64,000 bases of DNA from Paragordius varius (taxonomy: Eukaryota; Animalia; Nematomorpha). Shown one piece after another: positions 25,801 to 38,000 of this stretch (positions are counted from its first letter, which is position 1; each line of letters begins with the position of its first letter). The DNA lies in assembly GCA_964247055.1 (NCBI GenBank), contig OZ176051.1, positions 7,316,001-7,380,000 of the forward strand. Direction: 5' to 3'. Under the pieces are notes generated by a model. It had not been told where the DNA came from and made no database searches. It saw only the letters and a program-made list of their open reading frames with translations. A program made the position numbers and the translations under genes.

Positions 25801-28800
25801 AGGTTTTGCATAAACTTTAAATATTCCTTTTTCTAAAACAAATATTAATATTTTCTAAAAATAAAATTAGATAGGAGAGAGTTTCAATTACCAAGATTTA
25901 TGAACCAGAAATTTAGAAGGCATTTCGAAAGATTAAATTTAAAAACCATAATATGTTTCTTATATATTATAATCAGCATACAAAAATAATGACAGTATTA
26001 AAAAAATAATTTCTATTTTATTTAATACTTATATTTTTTACAGGAAAAATGTAAGTAATAAAACCTCGCGATAAGCATCATTTAATCGCCCATACTGCAT
26101 CCAATTAAGGATAAACGTAAGAAATGGATATATACAAGCTTTGTAAATATTCTTTAACATAACTTTCCAATCTTCATGTACGGTTCGTTGAATCAAATCA
26201 TATATGACGTTGAGTATTTCGGTCCCCTTTAAATCTAATGTTATATTAAAAATTTTTAAAAAACTAATAAAACAGTAAGAAGGTGAAAAATGAATAATAT
26301 TTATTTATAATGCTAAATTGGAAAAGTATGTATAATTAAAGAAAAAAGTTCTAATATTCAATTTAACTGTTTTTTACCTTGACAAGCCAAAACAAGAGTT
26401 AACAAAACTTCCATTTTGTGTTGAATAGGTATGGTTATGGCTAATAACCGTTGAACACTTAACAATGGATTTAATATAAAGCTATTTTCTTTTACATTAT
26501 CTTTTTTTATATCATCATTCTTAGAGTGCTGCTGTCTTTGTTCTTTGTATTTGGCGAAGTCAGATTCGACCTAGTTTAAGAAAAAAATGACAAATTCATA
26601 GATTTTTGACATTTCCTTAAATATTTTATAAAAAAAGGTACATGATTATTTGGGCAATAATAAGGACAACAAAATTTATATATAATAAATATGTGGTATA
26701 CAATTAAACCTCGTCATTTTTAATAATAGTTAGTGTTTTGCCAATAAACTCCAGTTTAAGAAAAAATAACGGTTCACAGGATATATATTAAAATTTTACT
26801 TACACATTCTCGTATAACAGTTACAAACTCATGATAGAATGACAATTCATCGTTGACACATTTCTTAAATACCTATAAATATTTTAACCATAAATTGATT
26901 ATTCATCATATCGAATCAAGAATCACTGAACCTATATTAGTTTAATTTAAGAGCATTATAAATACTTTAATAAATGATAAATAATATTCTTTCAAAATTA
27001 ATTCAATTAAGATAATATTCCTTCAGACAAAAGCACATTCTGGGAGAAAATTTATTTTAAAATTAAACCAGAAAATTAAATTAATAAAATAGGAGAAAAA
27101 AGTAAAAATCTAAATAAAAATAAGTTTGATAAAAAAATTATTTAACAAAATATTTTATTTACATTATAAATAAGTCCCTTTTCACCAACATTTTGTATAT
27201 CATGAAGAAAATTTTGTATTTTATAATATAACCATCCACATTGTCCAATCCTACATATTTGGATCCAAGTCGCAGGATGCATCTTTTTCCTTATCTAAAA
27301 TATTTAATTATATTAAACATAAAGTTGGTAGATAAACGTAATTTTATATCTTTAAAAAGAATTAAAAATTTTCAAGTTCCTATTTTAACTAAGAATCTTA
27401 AAAGAAAAGCCACAAGAATATTTGATATCAAAATGCGAAAACACCTGATTAAATATTTAACACTTCGATTCAAATTGGGGTATCTAAATACCCCAGACTA
27501 AATTTAAATTTATATTTTAAAAAACTGCTGAAGGAAACGGTCCCAATTTAAATTTATGCTTCTATCCTGATAAATATTATATAAATATGCCAAAACATCT
27601 TGATAAAATTTTGTTTTGAAAAAAAAGCTCCATCTCAAACTACTTCGACGCCATTTTTATTTTAAAAATTTTTTGCAAAATATCGTCTTTATTTAATTTT
27701 AAGGGTAAAACTAAAGCTAATTTTTTATATAAATTACATCTAACATTGATAGAAATAGAAAAAGCGGTTTAGTTTGTATAATTTTTCAATTTTACAATTT
27801 GATAAATGTCACGTTGACTAAATTTTTACCTTTCGGTTTTAGCTTAAAATAAGTAATATCAAGTATTTTTGAATAAAATTTTTTATATATTTCGGTTTAT
27901 TAATGTTAGATAAGTGCAAAATTTTGCCATGGTTTCGATTCCTTCTATATTTTTTAAATAATTTAATTTTAAACAGGCCTGGGGTATCCAACTACCCCAA
28001 TTTGAATCGAAGGACTAAAATGAGTGTGTTGTATCCAAGTGTTAATATATATATATATATATATTTTAGTAACCATATAAAAGCAACAATATAAGAAAAA
28101 AAAGAAGTGTTTGCAGGGTTTGAAATGGGATCTAATCTTACATTAAATATTGTTAATTAATTTGAAAAAAAAATGTGTTCTTATATGCAGATGTAAGGAA
28201 AGGATGATATTCATCATAATTATCACGCAAGAATTAAACATAAAACTTAAATTAGATGTCATGTGTACCTCATTTATTCCCAAATTATTTAAGATGAAGG
28301 GAGGGCAGGTATTTTTGGGGGTTTCGGAACATTTAATTTCCCAATTAAATGGCTTATTTGTAATGTGTAAAAAATTTCCATCAACATCTAACAATATATA
28401 ACATAAGTCGTTTATCAAGATTGTTTCATTGATATGGACCATAAACTGAGGTAAATTATCTATGTAAATTAAATTTTATATTATACTTGATTTTACATCT
28501 AATTGATTATCATAATTATCAAAAACAGTTTCAAAAGGGTTTTCTTCTGGATAATTATTTAATTTTTGCAACAGGTTAAAAGGTGTTGTGATCTGAGGTT
28601 CAAACCTTAAATTTTCGTGGCTAAGCTCCTGAAAATTTACAATTTTTAAAACCTCATTGAAATTTGAGATTGTAGATAAAAGCAATGCCATTTTATCAAA
28701 TAATTTTTGATTCTAAAAAATTAACAAAAACTTACCTGTGATTTGCCTCTCAATAATTTTAATTCAGGTGTTAGATTTATTTTACTAACATGATTATTAT

Positions 28801-28957
28801 GAACATTGCTAAATATATGAAAAAAGTCAACCTATTTAATATATTCCTTATAAAATCCAAATTTTCTTCAGATAAATCTATTATATTTAGTTTTTAATGC
28901 CTAACTTTTATTTGAAATGGATATTGAAAGTTGATTCAAAACATTTGATAAATCCAT
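19896..28957 (-). CDS. TUBGCP3: Gamma-tubulin complex component 3 (GCP3/Grip91/Spc98), 20 exons, ~1049 aa
   Basis: Exons 28957-28906, 28877-28832, 28808-28736, 28712-28487, 28459-28269, 27294-27163, 26872-26804, 26570-26378, 26234-26065, 25653-25507, 25285-25090, 24685-24488, 23932-23724, 22581-22501, 22413-22266, 21802-21714, 21284-20985, 20897-20703, 20632-20546, 20243-19896; total 3150 nt in frame. GRIP motifs: ETILINDLCYILLDVDG, CGWLYYKI, NWMQYGRLNDAYREF, LLEHFEALKGHLLLARGDF, WELFSLKYMIDGPL, HFIQQIQYYLHFEVMECSW; C-terminal LNFRLDFNHYY...RLRSSLTF is GCP3-like. Confidence 0.9.
27461..28041 (+). mobile_element. TTAA-flanked MITE, copy 2 (GCP3 intron 5)
   Basis: Same termini, TTAA flanks and internal sequence as copy 1. 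Confidence 0.8.
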
Positions 28958-29077
28958 TTAAATTTGGAGCCTTTTTACCCCATAAGGCGTAGTAATATCG
29001 ATTTTCATATGTTTAAAATTACGAAATTGCACGCATCCATTCAATAGGATGAAAAAATTAGACCCTTACGCATTGAT
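28958..29077. promoter_or_regulatory. Putative bidirectional promoter / shared 5' region of GCP3 and LMBRD2
   Basis: Only 120 nt separate the two divergent start codons. Confidence 0.55.
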
Positions 29078-32000
29078 ATGGCTTTAATAATTTTGTTAAT
29101 TGAAATATTTATCTTGTTTTGTTTGACGAGTTTGGTACTAAACAAGTATGGGAATTGGAAACGACAAAGGATTGCAGTTACATTAGCCACATTATTTTCT
29201 TGGTATTTCAGTTTCATCATAATATCCATTTTACCTTTGGATGTTTCTATGGTAAAAAATATGTGATTAACATAAAATATAGACCACATATTATCAATGT
29301 ATAGCCAAATTTAACGTTTCCACAGTAACCGGAAATATTTTTAACCAGACTCATAATACTTCAATAACAAATGAAACTCTTTATCAAAGCCTATATGATT
29401 CGTGTCAAAAACCATGGAATGTTATATCAAAATCGGTTTTAGTTATTCTTTGGCGCATAGTTTATTGGACATCTCAAGTTTTAACATGGTATTTTTTTTG
29501 TTTGTTTATTTAAATTAAATGCATTTTTTAATTAAATAAACTTTTTATACAATGTCCGAATTTTAGGACCATTTACATTTACCTTTAATCGTTACAAAGA
29601 ATATTATTATAATTTATAAATTTAGTATACTCCAATGTCAATTTTGGTCATTTTGAACTATTTATAATATATATAAAATTATTTGATATGTTATACGAAA
29701 AATTTTATGTGGTATAGATACTTATTTATCTAATACCAATATAGAAGTTTTATTTTTATATAAGCCTTAAATTCTTTTCCTAGGTTATGTTCTTTGAACA
29801 TATATATATGGCACGTTTCGGAGAATCTAAAAAAATATTTTTGAGTAGGCCTTTGTATTCCATGGTTAATTATACCTTTGTAAATCAACTATTGTATATA
29901 TATATATATATATATTAATATTGGCTTTACTCATAGTTTATGTATTTTTATTCAAAACCAAAACTATATTTTTAATTATCCATAACATATTAAATATTTA
30001 ACCTTTGTAAAATCACCAATAAAACATTTACCAAAATTAATATATACTTATATCTTCATACTAATTTTGACCATTTTATCATTTTGTAACATTTTAAATG
30101 TATAAAAATTCACAATCGAAATAATAATTTTACATTTTTTGATATCATCAGGCTTATTATACCCATGATGCAGAGTTATGCTAAGGCAGGAAATTTTACC
30201 ATTTTTGGTAAAATAAAGACAGCCCTGTATGAGAATCTCATATGGTACGGGACTTACCTAACCATTTTCATAGCCATTTGTATTTATATTGGATTAAAGC
30301 CTCATCTACAAATTAATACGTAATATTCCTCATATATTTATTAACCAGTAAAGTTTGAACATATTCATATATAATATGTTTTCATAACTTATTTTTGGAA
30401 GTAACAAGCGCAGCATATGTGGTACAAAAAAGTTTTTTGAATATTTTAGCAAGCAATAAATTCGGGTTAAACGGTTTCAAAATTTTAAATTTTTCAATTT
30501 TTAATACAATGGTGATGACATTTATATTAAATGTTTACAGCAAACAGAAGTATGTTTTTTTAGATTTTTCTTTGGATTAGCAAAATATTTTACGATATTA
30601 TATGTTTATTTTTTAGATCATTATAGTAATTTTGCTGTAAAAACTTAAGCTCTATATAAATTTAATGATAAAACGAAATTAAAACCAACTTTTGACTAAA
30701 ACAATTGGACAAAACTTAGCAGAAGAATTGACTTGGAAAACCAAAAACATTAACTCTCTTTTTAAATTTTTATTTAACAAATTATTTACCTTTTATTTTA
30801 CCATATACGGCAAAAATTGAAATTATACACGCAAAATGTCTTAACAGAAAGACAATTTTTTTCAAAAAACAATCATATATATATGATTTTTCTTATATAA
30901 TTTACAGTTAAAATATATGATAGATTGTGATACCAATTTATATGACTATTGATACTTTGCTTATTTGTAACAATTAAGTATTAAAAAGTAGAACATTCTT
31001 TTTCTATAAATAATATCTGTGTTTATATGTTTTTACGTTTTGCCTGTTTTTTAATTGAATATCTTTTATTCCTTCCCTTTTTAGTTCGCAATTATTGCTA
31101 ATCATATCATCAGCAAGTAATACATGGGGATTAATATTGCTAGTTTTGCTCCTGGGTTATGGCCTCATTCAAATCCCACGCAGTGTTTGGTATTATTCAG
31201 CTTTCGTAGCCGGGGGTATAAGAGCCCGGTTAGAGCGATCTTTCTATAAGGCTGCAATCATTTACCCTTTGAAACAGGAGGTCCATGTTAACCTTGAAGA
31301 CGTGATTGAGGTAGTTTTATGATTGATTGATTGATTAATATTTGTGCTTGATTGTAAATTTGACGTATTTTGAGTTGATTTTAGATGTTTTTATTTTTTA
31401 AATATCGTTTTAGCTATATTTGTTTTTGTTTTGCTACAATTATGGATTTATGTTAACTTTCAACAAGTAATTGAGATTTAAATTTATAAGAAAATTTTGA
31501 TGTTGGAGAGAAAGATTAATTTTAGTTTTGTTATTAAAAAGTTTGGAAAATTTTCTACCATGTTTTTAATTATTTTATTTTTTTATTAATTTTTTTTGAA
31601 TTACTATCATAAACTTCAAGTTGAGGTGTATTCTGATTAAGGATGTCAGTGGTAAGAATGATTTTTCGGATTTTTCATTAATAATATGTGTGTTATTTTA
31701 AAAATATGATTTTTTGTCATAATAATTAAACAGGATTTTTTATTTAAATCTTTGGAATCTTTGGATATTTAATTATAATTTTGAATATATTTATTTCAGT
31801 TGTGTTTTGATAAATTTTGAATTGGTTGTAAGTTGGGACCCTGTTTTATTCTTCATGGCTAATTCAGCTTTACAGTTTCCAAAAGAATAATTTTTATTTT
31901 ATAATATTTACCTTTTCTGATTAGCTATAACAATTATAGCTTTTTTCCGGCCTTTAAATATTTTTGTGGTGGTTTGGTATACTTCTATGATTAATATCAT

Positions 32001-35000
32001 ATATATGATAATTATAATAGGAAATTCAACGAATTAATTACTCCATGCCTGCTAGTCACCCTTTGCGAAAAAAATTGGCCATTTTGATTAACAAGGTATA
32101 TTTTTTATACGATTTCCGATTTTTTTTAAATTATAAATTGGGGTCTATGTTAATTTTTTTTAATGGAATATGTTACAAAAATGTGATTATTGATGTCCAA
32201 TTTGTATAAAAATGTGTTTATTATACATTACTAATTTAATTAAACAAACAACTATGTAAATATAATCCTTTTATAGTTTGATACATCACTTATAATACTG
32301 TTTTTTTTTCAATTATAAAATATGTATTTAAACCCTAAATTTCTTATCAGATACCATCATGTTATAAGGATCGTTGCAATTTTGACGATAATCACGGTGG
32401 GGAAAATCGCAAAACTAGCATTAATAAATCATCAACACAAAGGATAATTGATATGGACTTACCTACGGCAAAAGAATTAATTGCTTTACATAAGTTTGAC
32501 CACACAATTTTTTTTATACTAATATTTTATCATGAATTCTCTCAATAGCTTAGATAAAAAGAAAGCTTAAGATATTAGCATTAATTTAATTTAACTTCTT
32601 TTAACACGTTCTGACCTTTTCACTTTTTTGTCCACTATGTCATATTGGGGTAGTTTTATATCCCAGAGCTCAATCCTATAAATAAATACTACTGTTAATT
32701 TTTAAATTTAATTATCAAACATTTTTATACTGTATTAGATTAAAAAGATATTTTATACAGTTTTGTAACTTTAGGATTCTATAAGTGGAACAGATCCAAA
32801 ACTCGACTAGCTGATTTTCAATAAATATCAAGTTTTCGCTACTAAAATGCTATCTTAAAGCTTACTTGAATTAATTCTTTACATCTTCTAAACATAAGAT
32901 ATATTTATTTGCCTATAATATCAGCATTAAGATTCAAAGAATAAAAATGGAAACGAAAATGAGATGAGGATTTTTACAATTTAATATCTGTACAAAAATT
33001 TTTTTGTATTATGCGCCTAAAAGGATAAAGAAGCATATTTTAAATTTAGCCTTATACCTTAAATACTTTTAAAATTTTAAATCGCTCTGTGATGTACCCC
33101 AAAAGCTAATGAAGTGTTAATGATGTTACTTTATTTATTTGTTTGCTTATCAAGTAGAAAGTATCCATATTCATCACTTTTCCTTACTCTCTTAAGTATT
33201 TGCTTTATAATGTCAAATACGTTTGAAATCAAGAATTTTATATTTAAAATTTAATGTAAAAATGTTAATCAAACAAATTTATTTTTGTTTCAGATCTCTA
33301 ATAGCAGTTTTAATTGCATATGAACGTACATCTATGCAGTGGCAATCTGTGTTGGAATCTGTCAGTTTTATAGTTAAAAATTATTCGCTGGATTCTACGC
33401 ATTTTACCTCTTCTAATGGTACCATATCATATGGAAATGGTAAAATTAATTTTTATTTTTATGAAATTTATTACGAAGTTTTGGTTAATTTTAGATTAAC
33501 AAAGAAATTAGTTCGAAAATTTGTATCTGAATAATTTATTCATACATTTGTAATTGTATTTTTTTTTAGAATTTTCATTGGTAAATGTTAAGTATCAAAT
33601 TATAGAATTATCAATATTCTTTACACATATTACACAGTGTGCACAAAAATATAAATGAACATAAGTTATATTTAGAATATTAAAAAATCCCTTGGAAAAT
33701 GAGATCCCAAAAATTTAGGGGCAAAAATGCGCTCCAAAATGAAAATCTTCCAATTTTTTCATTTTTGACTAGAAATAGATTGTCCATATTTTTTTCAAAC
33801 ACGATACAACTTTTATATATTATATAAAACCTAATATATTCTTAAGAAAAATACATAAAATTATTTTAAATTATCAATAAATTTTTTGATTCAATAAAAA
33901 TAGAAATTCGTAAATTTTATGACATTGTCGAAATGTGTTAAAAAATAAATATAATAAAAACTCCATATTGTTAATATTGTTTATGACTTATATTAAAGAT
34001 CCCAAAGAGTTGGTATGTCTAGGCTATGTATCTTTTTAAGTCCCTCAAAAAATTTGTATTTCTTGAAATATTTTCGTTATTTTTATTTTATTTTCCTCAC
34101 ATGCTTCTCATTGTTTCATAACAACTAAAAGCCGCAATTTTCAAAAGCGAATACAGAAAAAACCAGCAAAACTCCAAAATTATGAAATTCCAATTACATC
34201 ACTTTGGATAAATGTTTATATACTATTTAATCTATATATAATATTAACTAGAGGTCTTTTGAAATGCAGAAGGCAGCATCGGAAATATAAACACCTTTAT
34301 TTGCTAATCAAATAGTTACCTGCTATACACTATATTTAGCTTATTAAGGAAAATTCTATTTACAAAGAATACTATTAATGGCAGATGAGTTTCACGTTCA
34401 TATAATTTTAGTTACAAAATAGAATTATCCTTGCACCAAAATTATTCTGACATTAAATAATCTACTTCCAGAAACTCTATTGCTCAAATTGTAGATCAAA
34501 CAAAAGTCCAGGACAACAATTTTTACCATTTATTGAAAAACTGATAATATGAATTTGCTTTTTATTCAATAAAATTTTTATCTTTTTTTTACATCCAAGA
34601 ATATATAATTAGGTTTCTACAAAATTTTAAAATAAAAATGTTCCGATACCGAGATAGTGTCAAATACAAACTTGGTTTGCAAAAATTACTCCTGCAACAT
34701 CTCTTTCCAACCATTCGTTACTCAATGAATCTGAAAATGAAACAGTTGTTCAATTATATCTAGGCCACAGCATTACTGCCAACGGTGGCTAAACTGCGGC
34801 TATCAAATATAGAATCACATAAACATGGAAAAGCTACCATGCACTCAAACATATTTTTAAATAATAAATACATTAAGCTAGAAACCAAAGGACAACTCTT
34901 CTGTACAGTTATAAGACCGGTGTTGACATACGCCTCAGAGTGTTGGCCAATGACGGCTACAAACTGTAAAACAGAATGTAAAATTTTAAACACAATCCTA

Positions 35001-38000
35001 TTTGTTTATAATCCTATACTATATAATTATAATAATACATTTGACCCTTAAACATCGAACAAATTCTTAAGATAAACCGCTTAGGATATGCAGGCCATAT
35101 CCATTGGCGTCCACAGGAGGAACACCCCTTACAATGCGTGCTTAAATACACCGCTTCAACAAAAAATAATCGGGGCCGACCCTTTAAAGATTGGTCAAAA
35201 ACGATGAATGAAGATATGATGATTTGCAACTTAAACATTAATGATGCGCTCGATCGCACTTCTTGGATAAAAAAAATACGACAAGCTTAAATCTGAAGAT
35301 AGTCTAACCCAACAACAACACTTTAAATACATAGAATTTCAATTTATTTATACACAATGGATACATTATTCAGACATAAAATGATTCCAATAGTATTCAC
35401 CAATCATATGGATATTATTGGAACTATAGATTTTTCTATTTGTTTGAGCGTTTGATGGAACCGTTATCCATTCTGGTCTGTAGCCCTCCGTCGGGAGAAT
35501 TTATCAAAATGGCTATCCACAAGATGTAGTTTTATGGACATATTAGCACCTAAAAATAAATAAATAACATTTAATGTTAAAGATAAGTTTTTAAAAATCA
35601 AATATTTACCTAGGACTTTAAAGGAGTCTACTACTTCTGCTCCTAGAGAGACATAATCCATAGATTTAAAATTTCCCAAAAATTTTCCGCTGAAAATTTT
35701 AAATGCATTAAATGCTCTTTTTTCAACAGGATTCATTATGTTGTAAAAGGCCTCAGATTCAAATAATCTTTCTATTTGAGGCCCAGTTAAATATCCTGCC
35801 GACAATTTGATTGGATTGATTTTAATATTTAAATAAAAATAGGCTGGTCCTTCCTTATTCATATTAATTATAAACGAGCTAGACCTAATTTTATATGTAA
35901 GGGAGGAATAATCAGGTTATCCATATGAATCAATGAGATTCTGTCCAGGCTGTAAATACCTTGTATTTTAAATTTAAATATACTTATGATTCCGTTCTAG
36001 GATGGTATAAATGGTGTGGATTATAATGGTTACCTTTATCTCTGGATTTAAAGAGGCAAAAAAGATACGTAGGGTACCCGCCTTTCAAACCGCAGCATAT
36101 AGATAAAACCTAAAAATTATTTAATGTCATACTTTATAATCAGCTATCAAGGAGTAGTGATGCGATTTTAACACCTTTCCAACTTTTTTTATATAGATTA
36201 TACTTTTCTTTATCCCCATATAGTTTAACTTTATAGGCTAGGATAATGGGCGGGTATTTAGATTCCTTATTGGGCAATATGATTTTGAGATAAAATAGTC
36301 AATATATAAAACGAAATAAAAATTTTGATGATGTATATAATTATGAAAACAATATAGCATATTGTATTGTTCTGCCAGCTTTGATTGATTAATTGGCAAT
36401 CAGCTATACAGATGATAGGGATTCGACGATTTTTATAGATGCAAATGAAGTAATTTTTAGTATAAAATCATATTGCTCAATAAGGAATGTAAATACCCGC
36501 CCATTATCCTAGCCTATAAAGCTAAACTATATGGGGATAAAGAAAACTATGATCTGTATAAAAAAATGTTGGAAAAGTGTCAAATCGCAATGACTACTCC
36601 TTGATTGCTGATTATAAAGCATGACATTAAATAATTTTTAGGTTTTATCCATATGCTGCGGTTTGAAAGGCGGGTACCCTACGTACGCTTGTCTTTTTGC
36701 CTCTTTAAATCCAGAGATAAAGGTACCCATTATAAAACACACCATTTATACCATCCTAGAACGGAGTCACAGGTATATTTAAATTTAAAATTACTTACAG
36801 CCTGGACAGAATCCCATTGATTCATATGGATAACCTGATTATTCCTCCCTTGCATATAAAATTGGGTCTAGTCCAAACTTTTATAATTAATATGAATAAG
36901 GAAGGACCAGCCTATTTATTTTATTTAAATATATTTAAAATCGATCCAATCGAATTGGCGTCAGGATATTTAACTGGACCTCAAATAGAAAGATCATTTG
37001 AATCGGATGCCTTTTACAACATAATGAATCCTGTTGAAAAAAGAGCATAATTTTTGGGAAATTTAAATCTATAGATTATGTCTCTCTAGGAGCAGAAGTA
37101 GTATACTAATTCAAAGTCCTAGGTAAATATTTGATTTTTAAAATCCTATCCTTAACATTTAATGTTATTTATTTATTTTTAGGTGCTAATATTGCCATAA
37201 AACTACATCTTGTGGAGAAACATTGTGAATTCCCCCTGTGGGAGCTACAGACCAGGATGAAGAACGGTTCCATCAAACGTTCAAACAAATAGGAAAAAAC
37301 TATAATAGCTCCAATAGTATCCATATGATTGGTGAATACTATTGGAATCATTTTATGTCTGAATAATATATTCATTGTGTAGAAATAAATTGAAATTCTT
37401 ATATGTATTTGAAGTGTTGTTGTTGGGTTAGACTATCTTCAGATTTGAAGTTTGTCGTATTTTTTTCTCCAATAAGTGCGATCGAGCGCATCATTAAGGT
37501 TTAAGTTGCAAATCATCATATCTTCATTTATCGTTTTTGACCAATCTTTAAAGGATCGGCCCCTATTATTTTTTGTTGAAGCGGTGTAGTTAAGCCTGCA
37601 TTGTAAGGGGTGTTCCTGTGGATGCCGGTGGATATGGCCTGCATATGTTAAGCGGTTTATCTTTAGAATTTGTTCGATGTTTAAGGGTAAAATGTATTAT
37701 TATAATTATATAGTATAGGATTATGAGCAAATAGGATTGTGTTTAATATTTTACATTCTGTTTTACAGTTTGTAGACGTCATTGGCCAACACTCTGAGGC
37801 GAATGTCAACACCGGTCTTATAACTGTACAGTAGAGTTGTTCTTTGGTTTCTAGCTTAATGTATTAATTATTTATAATATGTTAGAGTGCAGCTTTTCCA
37901 TGTTTGTGTGATTCTATCTTTGATAGCAGTTACGCCACGGTTGGCAGTAATGATGTGACCTAGATATTTGAATTGAACAACTGTTTCATAATCAGATTCA

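Noticed and set aside
26873-26888. Possible 16-nt intron in GCP3
   Set aside because: The homologous upstream exon is 27294-27163, making this intron 290 nt.
28142-28268. Apparent 23-nt GT-AG intron followed by an exon with in-frame TAA codons (possible stop-codon reassignment)
   Set aside because: Splicing 28268 directly to 27295 gives an open, homologous GCP3 frame, and genes here end in TAA/TAG, so the standard code is sufficient.
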